From Eukaryota sp. GEM-RC1 (Eukaryota): a stretch of 64,000 nucleotides of DNA. Every line of letters begins with the position of its first letter. Within the stretch, counting starts at the first letter, position 1. A program made the position numbers and the translations under genes. Shown here piece after piece: positions 13,698-21,425 of this stretch. Below the pieces are notes generated by a model that was not told where the DNA came from, made no database searches, and saw only the letters and a list, made by a program, of their open reading frames with translations. The stretch is from assembly GCA_040285855.1 (NCBI GenBank), contig JAUFOQ010000017.1, forward strand, positions 744,001-808,000, written 5' to 3'.

Positions 13698-14082
13698 GAG
13701 TAACTGGAAAGGAATTAGAGAAAATTCAGGTTTTCTCTTAATTTTATTACCAGACCCAATCTCTTGCACAAACATACATCTTAAACAATGGTTTCTATCT
13801 AGTCTACGGTTCTGAGCAAGACTTGAGCTTGTGATGTTAGTTTCCACACTTCCCAGCCATTTGATGACAATATGTGCTCTTACCACTACCAGCTGGTCCA
13901 ACAACAAATTGGGCTATTTTTCCCATGAGTAACTGGAAAGGAATTAGAGAAAATTCAGGTTTTCTCTTAATTTTATTACCAGACCCAATCTCTTGCACAA
14001 ACATACATCTTAAACAATGGTTTCTATCTGGTCTACGGTTCTGAGCAAGACTTGAGCTTGTGATGTTAGTTTCCACACTTCC
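13625..14082. repeat. 229-bp tandem duplication covering the GPN3 5' end and upstream region
   Basis: 13625-13853 is repeated at 13854-14082 with one visible substitution. Confidence 0.9.
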
Positions 14083-15097
14083 CTCATATACTCAAACACT
14101 TACCGTGTCATTCTTTCTTGCAGTTACACTTAAGTCTTCTGGGACCTGATCTTCCATTATCAGAATCATTTGCAATTCCATTCTTGGTTTTTTTGGACTA
14201 TCTAAAGTGAACTGCCTGGAAACGTATGTCTCACTTGATGGTGATCAGATCTTCCTGTTGAGCACAACGTTGTTTATGTTAGAAACTTCAAACAATGTCT
14301 TTCGTATCATTCATTCCCTCCTCCTGATTCTAGGATGGAATCGACTCCCCACAGTTCTGATAGATTGACAGTGTTTGAACTTTTACGATTGTAAAACAAA
14401 ACCATTTCTGTTTCAAATAAAGTTTTCTGTTCTCATTGCACTATTGCTCGACTACGGATAAGATGTGACTGTCAAACTCTGATTGTTCAAGAACAATATC
14501 GTTTGTGGGTGCCTCAATACAGTACTCAAATATAATCTCTAGAGATGGTCTTCCAATAATTCAAAAGTTTGAGCATCCATAAGATTAGCTGGAGGTATAT
14601 AATCGATTTCATCAAACATCTACAGGCATGAAGTTTATTGAAGTCAAAAGGTACATGATAAATCAATTTTATGGTACACGATAAGCTAGAGTCAAATCCG
14701 AAAGTGCACACCCCAACACGTGTTGGATATTGCATTCTTCTATGTCGCTTCAGTGAATTTGTATAAATTTCTACTCTTCTTGATAAAACTATATTGAATA
14801 AAGGTAGAAAATTCAAGTTTACTTAAATGTATGGATTATTGATGAGCTCTTCATGTTATCAGTTCTGGAATCATTGAAAATGAGTTGCAATTTATCAACT
14901 TGGTTCGGCTGTAACTTGCGTGAAAAATAGATGTGTTTTTCTGTCGGTTGATCTCAAGGTGAGTTATTCTGTTCGGCTGCTCAGAATTTATCCAACGCGT
15001 GTTGAATATTTTGCAACACCGTGTTGAACCGAATTATGTTGGTAATCTAAAATTACTAATCTCTCATACTTGCCAATCATAAAGAATGCAAAAAATG

Positions 15098-15169
15098 TGG
15101 GGCCACGAGGAATCGAACCACGATCTTGCAGATCTGGAATCTGATGCCCTACCATTGGACCATGGCCCC
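15098..15169 (-). tRNA. tRNA-Trp(CCA)
   Basis: Reverse complement GGGGCCA-TG-GTCC-AATGGTA-GGGC-A-TCAGA-TTCCAGA-TCTGC-AAGAT-CGTGG-TTCGATT-CCTCG-TGGCCCC-A. Confidence 0.92.
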
Positions 15170-15484
15170 ATTCTTGTGTTGCATATTTCAGCTCTGTTAT
15201 TATTGCTTCTAAGGCCCCATCTTGCAGATACACAATCTGACATGACTACATCTAGTATTCTGGTCATGTCCTCATATACTTTCTGTATTCTAAATCTTTG
15301 AATCGATTTGTTCAACGATTAATTCAATCAAGGTCCGTGGTAGTTAGACGAACACGTGCAGAACACGTGACGCGGCTTTAATCTTGTATCCAATATCTAT
15401 TAGATGATTTCTAATTGAATACTACAACCATAGCTACAGTCGTATAGACTACTGTAGAGTGTGGGAAAAGGATACCAAAATTCA

Positions 15485-15549
15485 AATTTTTAAATATATT
15501 TTTAATTACCTATATGTAACGTAAATAAATAAAAATATATTTAAAAATT
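15485..15549. repeat. perfect 20-bp inverted repeat
   Basis: AATTTTTAAATATATTTTTA (15485-15504) and its reverse complement (15530-15549). Confidence 0.85.
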
Positions 15550-15873
15550 CAAATTTTCAGGCGATTTGAGACATTTAGAGAGTCATCATGTGGACATGTA
15601 CTAGCATTGATTTCTCTGATTGATTAATGACTGGATATCAATTTAGCACATAATTGAGTGATTGTGATAGTACACGACAGAATTTCCAAAATTTCAAAAT
15701 TGATTGAACATTAAGTTATCAATTGTTTTGTGCATGTGTGTTTGTACTAATAGATGTACAGTCTCTGTGATCAACAGACAAGACACCTCTCAATACAAGG
15801 CAAGTGGCTCATCGTAATGTAATGACAATTGAACAAGATGACATGATGATGACAAGTTGTCATTCTTGTCATC

Positions 15874-15884
15874 ATATATAAATA
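15874..15884 (+). promoter_or_regulatory. TATA-box-like motif upstream of the Fanzor transcript
   Basis: ATATATAAATA about 25 nt before the first 117-bp repeat. Confidence 0.35.
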
Positions 15885-15905
15885 GTGGAGACATTACTCG
15901 TATAT

Positions 15906-16223
15906 CTTTCACCCCCTTTGCACTCATCATAACCACAAGGTTATGCAAGCGACACCAAAGGTATTAAGTTACCTACGGTCGAGCTTCTGTTCCTCCTTTT
16001 CCTTCCCTAAGCTTCGTTGTTCTTTTCACCCCCTTTGCACTCATCATAACCACAAGGTTATGCAAGCGACACCAAAGGTATTAAGTTACCTACGGTCGAG
16101 CTTTTTCTTCCTCCTTTTCCTTCCCTAAGCTTCGTTGTTCTTTTCAACCCCTTTGCACTCATCAAAACCACAAGGTTATGCAAGCGACACCAAAGGTATT
16201 AAGTTACCCACGGTCGAGCTTCT
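15906..16223 (+). repeat. 117/118-bp direct tandem repeat, ~2.7 copies
   Basis: ATGCAAGCGACACC recurs at 15943, 16060 and 16178; internal hairpins CATAACC/GGTTATG and AGGTA/TACCT. Confidence 0.95.
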
Positions 16224-19200
16224 ATTATTTTTGCTATTCTGATAAATATGGTCTTCTGTTGTGTTCTGTTTTATTTTGTTGGATTTCCAGTTGTGATATT
16301 TTTGCATCGATCCCCATATCCCTTCATGTGTTAATAAATCAACAATCGTCACAGTTTTGTCATGACCTAACCACGGATGGAGACATAGAGTCCAATCCAG
16401 GACCTCCTCTTACAGATGACCTTAGAGATGAGCAACTGAGACCCGTTTTTGCACCAAACGTAGACAATATCGAGACGTTAAAGCCCAACGTCTGGGTTAA
16501 TGATGATGTCATCGACTTATACGGTGATTTTCTTACAAAAAGCAGCAAATGTTGTCAGTACTTTCCAATGAATGACATGCTTGGTGCTTCTGGTGTTTAT
16601 GATTTTCAACTATTGTTAAAAAATTCGAATACCTAATAAAATTAATGAATAATTGTGTTCCGAAGAAACGATTCATATTCATGCCAATCAACGATGGCCT
16701 TTTCGGTAAAACTCCGACTCATTGGACACTTCTAATTTGCGATATTAAGATCAGACGACTTTTTTCAATCGATTCAACGTATACTGAAGAGGAACACTTC
16801 AAACAACTGGCGAATACAATTCGAACTTCTCGCAATGAAACAGTAATCCAAAAATTACAGCAAGATTTGTTTAATGACGCACAGTATTTGTACATGGATA
16901 AACTAGTTGTAAAGCAAGAGCAAACTGAAAACGATTGTGGACCTTTTATTCTGATGTACATTCAAAAGTTTGTTACCTTAACAGACTCATCTATTGATTG
17001 TTCATCTATCGATTTTAAAGGAATTTTAACCAAACTTGTAATTAGCCAAGACTATGATGCTCTAAAAATGAGGAAAGAAGTTCTGACTCATATTATGACT
17101 ACTCAATCAGCAGAGAGGGCTGAACGTGCTAGAGAAATCTTAAACAAATACTTTTCAGTTCATTCGACACCTTCTCAACAACGTCGTAAGCCTAAAAAAC
17201 CAGATGCAAGAAAGAAAAAAGGTCCTAAAACTAAACAACCGGCCAAAAAAAGAAAGAAGACTGCTAATACTTCTGATTTATCTGAACCTTCTACACTGAT
17301 GTCATCTACTCATGAAATTCCAGACCCTAACAAACTGACAAAAACTCAATTACAAGAGGTTTCAGAAGCAATCAAATCGTTGTCATCTGAAGAATCGATT
17401 GCAGAAGAATGTGTCAATTGGTACTCTCGTCATTTGATGGACATATACAAAGTTGATTTCAATGCCTTTGTAACTTCTGGATCTATTCAATCATATTTAG
17501 TTGATGAAACCCGATCTCCCCACGAGTTTTTCATGAACAAGATGCTTGCGACAGATTCTAGATATCTTTTTCTTCCAATAAATGATGCAATGACTGGTTT
17601 ACATTGGGGTTTGATTGTAATTGATAAAAATGATCTACAAGTGATATTTCTCGATCCTCTTTATGATGCTGAAATTCACAGACAGGATGTTGATAAAAAT
17701 TTAAATGAAATTGACTCTTATTTGAATCAAGATATTTCAAAAATACATGAAATTCTTCATCAACTCCAGTTTCAGCTCATTATTGTCCCAGTGCCACAGA
17801 AACAAACAACAAATGATTGTGGAGTATACGTTCTTCAGTATATGCGCGGACTTATAGAACTTCTAACTTCAAACCAATTCACAGATCAATCTCTTCTCCA
17901 TGCTGCTGATAGAATGATACAACAACCTATCAATACTAGGGAGAGTAGACAAGAAATAAAAGTGTACCTTCAATCTCTACAACCTCCTACAAGTAGAAAC
18001 CGCATATCTGGACAAACCAAAATTAAGCGAACACGCAAATATCCGGTGAAAAAAACTGACAAAGTTGCTCAAAAAAAGTCAAAAAGGACTATACGTAAGC
18101 CCAGTGATTCTGATATAGGAGTTCCAAATGTGACTCATAAAGAATTTCTAAATAGTTTACCCGGTGAATTGTCTAACCGACAAAAGAGACGTCGTTTGAA
18201 GTTGCACATGATACAACAAGCACTTCAAGAAGCTGAAGAATTGTTTCAGGATTCTTTGATTCGTCCAAAGTTAGAGACCTTAGCTCCAATAGATTTGACA
18301 ACTCCTAAAATAAACGTTGCTGCTTGTGAGAAAACTGAAACCACAAAGACAACAGCTAAGAGTACAACAAAAGTTGGCAAATCCAAAAAGTTTACAACCA
18401 AACCAAAAGCAAGTGGTAAAACTAATGCTACCAAGAGTCTTAAACCTCCTAAGAAACAAATGATTGACTTTCATTGTAATTCTGAATTACCAGAAGACTC
18501 TAACTCTTGTTCAATATTGTCGTTTGATATTGAAACAAGAGAAGTTGATCAATTGCCTGTTAAGAAACTTACGAAGAGGTTGAATGAACAAAGACAAGAA
18601 CAAAATGAAGTTTTAAAAAACCAAAGTGATTCAGAAAGAGAAGTTTGGATTGAAAAGCATCAAGTGTTTATGATTTCTGGAGTTTTCGGTCATTTTATTA
18701 AGGATGAGTTTTACCTTCAAGAAAGCTTTGTTGCGACTTCAGAAGAATCAACTTTCTTTTCAGAGGGTGAAAATCCAACTGATTGCCATAGCCTTTTCTT
18801 CTTTGAAGACGAAAAACAGTTACTAGAGTTTTTGTCAACTATTTGACTGATAAAAATCCATCTGTTTTAAGTGGATTTAACATTACTAATTTTGATAATG
18901 TTGTTCTAGACAAAAGAATTGATGCATTTGGAATAGACTTTCCAGAACCAATGCTAGATGATACGACAAAATCACATTTGTCACCTTTATGGCAACGTGT
19001 TTGTACTGAATGGGCTGGTAGAACTGTATGTGATTCTTACCTCTATGCTAAACAATTCATTGCTACAAAATGTTCAAGGTCACTAAGTTGGTTTTTATTA
19101 AATGAATCTAAAGGACGTCTTCATGACAAATTTGAACACTTATTGCCTATTGATTGTGTTAGTAGACGACCTCAAGAAGTTCTAAACTATTGTTTCAAAG

Positions 19201-21362
19201 ACAGTGTACTAGCATTGAAGTTGTTTTTATTATTTCAATCAAATAAAATAGTTCGTCCCACTTTTGTAACACATAAGACTACACTGAAGTCTATTGTAAA
19301 ACATACAGGACTGGAATTATTGTTGAATTATTATGCTCTATTGGTTCATAAACTACGAATGCACACTTCTTATTGTTTAAAGCTGTTTTTATTGCATTTA
19401 AATAAGAATGAGCTTGAACTACCATTAATTACAAGGACAGAGGTTGAACACATTCAAACGTTGCTGAAGGAAATCTCTGCTGATCGTCATAAGATTAAAC
19501 TAAACAATGGAAATCCGACAATTAATGACGACTTGAGAAAATTTGTTACAAATCAATACAAACAAGTAATGATGGACAATGGTGGTATTCCAAATTTTCC
19601 AGCTGCATATTCGCCACGACTTATGGCAATGGTAGGTGAAACAATCAAAACAAATTTGAACACCAACATTAAAATGCGATATCCTCAGTACATTGACAAA
19701 TTTATTAATGTTTGGTTTGAAAAGAATAGTGTTGAAGAAGAAATGTCGAAAAAAGAAAAGTCTGTATTTCGTTGGAGATTGAGACAAGTAAAAGATGTTT
19801 TCCTTCAAAGGAATAGAAATGATATTCCAACGACCACTGAAGAAATACAGCAGTTTATTGAACAATGTGATACCATAATACTTGAAGATGACAGTGAGAA
19901 TAGCTTAAGTAGAGAAGATAAAATTGAACTTTTAGGGCAAAGCCACGACACTGTTCTAGAACTATTTGCAGATAGAGTTTGTATTGATATCCTCTTCCCA
20001 TCAACAATTAAAATTCAACAGTCAAATGGTGATTATGAAGACAAACAGATTGATTCTCTAATGAAAGCAGTACATGAACATCCACAATCGTTCATTAAAT
20101 CAGCCATACAAATATATAACTTTCTTGAAGAGGATGAAGCCAGTACTTACAATGTAATTCCAATTGTTCGACACGTGATTCCAGGCTTCTTTGGAAGTAG
20201 ATACACAAGGTCTTTGGGGAATATTACGTTCCACATTAACCAATCATCAGGTTAAAGAAAAACAAGGAAGATCTGAGTGGAATTCAATTGAGGAAATTAA
20301 GCACATGTCTCCTGCTGAACAAAATCAATTCTGGTCGTACTTTTTCAATTTTAATCGTCCATTTATAAAGAAAGGCTATAAGTTTAACAATTCTATTAAA
20401 ACTGATGGTTTCTCTGCTTGTGTTGAACTTACCAGAGAGGACTGTGTGGGAATGTCATTTAAACCAGATAGTGCAAAGTTCTCCAGTACTGATGAATATG
20501 TTCAAGACTATGATATTGAAGAGTTTACATTGAAAAGAAAAGTTTACATTGATCCTGGCAAGAACGATTTACTCTACTTCTGCTCAGAAAAAATAAGAAA
20601 GCCTGAAGATTTAGCCCGTGAAGTACGAAACAAAGAATACGAGTGGCTAAGATTGACAGAGACAGAATGGTCGAGATTGTCCAGAGTCCATCAAAAGTTT
20701 AGAAGGGGAAAGAAAAAAGAATTTATTCTCCGAGATGAAAAAACGGTTGAACAAGAAGAGTCAACATTGTCCAAAGAAAATTCAAAGTCGACCGTTTATG
20801 AAACCTTCTATGACTATGTGGGTTCCAAACTTACAGTTATTGAATCAACATTTGATTACTACTGTTTGATGATATGGCGCATTCAAAAATGCAAAGATAT
20901 GTCCATATTCAAAAAACAGAAAGTAAGTTGTTGAAAAATATGACTGCAAAAGGATGGAATAAGAATGACCGTGTATTGATGTTTGGTGACAATGGTAATA
21001 AGAGGCAGAACCTAAAACACCTCCGATCAAGTAGAGGTGTGATGTGGAGAAACTTCTTTAAGAGAAATGGTTACAATATTGTTCTCGTAGATGAGAGTTA
21101 CACATCTTCAAAGTGTCCCACTTGTTGGGGGCCAGTTAAAGTGTTTATGGAAGTTGACAATCCTAGACCCAAGACACAAGAAGAGAAGCCTATGGTGAAG
21201 TTACATGCGTTGTTGAGATGTCAGTCTGAGAAGTGCAGAGAAGAATGTGATGACAAAGACAAAGTGTGGAATCGTAACAAGTTAGCATGTATCAACATCA
21301 AAGCTATTGTGGAGCATCATTTGGAGCGGGGTCTAGGAGTTAGACCCAGTTATTTGTCATAG
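16178..21362 (+). CDS. polyprotein: 2A peptide - 2x Ulp1/SENP (C48) protease - PolB-type 3'-5' exonuclease - Fanzor1 (TnpB-like RuvC nuclease); four 1-nt frameshifts
   Basis: Five consecutive ORFs join by single-base shifts in short homopolymers (~16605, ~18830, ~20192, ~20888) into continuous motifs. 2A: DIESNPGP. Protease 1: WVNDDVID/HWTL/IDS/NDCG. Protease 2: FLPIN/HWGL/FLDP/NDCG. Exonuclease: FDIET/GFNITNFD/YCFKD. Fanzor1: P.F.EVDT..L, FNNSIKTDG, YIDPG, FGD, VDESYTSSKCPTC, LLRC...C, WNRN.LA..NI, RP.YL. Confidence 0.88.
16364..16405 (+). other. 2A (StopGo) ribosome-skipping peptide DLTTDGDIESNPGP
   Basis: Exact D(V/I)ExNPGP consensus in frame with ORF 16178. Confidence 0.9.
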
Positions 21363-21421
21363 TCATAGTCTTAATTTACTACGTGAATTCGTAGTTATCT
21401 GAGTATTATACTCACAAAGCT
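21302..21421 (+). ncRNA. candidate Fanzor omegaRNA scaffold
   Basis: Stem-loops GGGTCTA/TAGACCC (21329-21347), ACTACG/CGTAGT (21378-21395) and TGAGTA/TACTCA (21400-21414) overlap and follow the Fanzor stop, the position typical of TnpB/Fanzor omegaRNAs. Confidence 0.55.
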
Positions 21422-21425
21422 CTAT

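Larger units (their letters stand above)
15396..21425 (+). mobile_element. Fanzor1-encoding element (boundaries approximate)
   Basis: Contains the Fanzor polyprotein ORF and a 3' structured RNA; hairpins and an inverted repeat at 15434-15549; TCTAT at both candidate junctions (15396-15400, 21421-21425); no transposase recognised. Confidence 0.55.

Noticed and set aside
13698..13907. N-terminal extension of GPN3 in the ORF track
   Set aside because: Arises from a non-ATG start within the tandem duplication; homology begins at MGKIAQ
14050..14500. Possible MULE C-terminal zinc knuckle (GKCGN.HH..KSC) on the minus strand
   Set aside because: Too degenerate, multiple stops, no DDE motif seen
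15906..16223. Repeats as a CRISPR-like or multi-guide array, hammerhead or C/D snoRNA
   Set aside because: No unique spacers; the minus-strand ATGATGA...GAAA lacks the CUGA core, stem II and a D box
16600..20900. Programmed frameshifting or pseudogenisation of the Fanzor ORF
   Set aside because: The same 1-nt homopolymer shifts interrupt ordinary host genes, so sequencing error is the simplest explanation, although unproven
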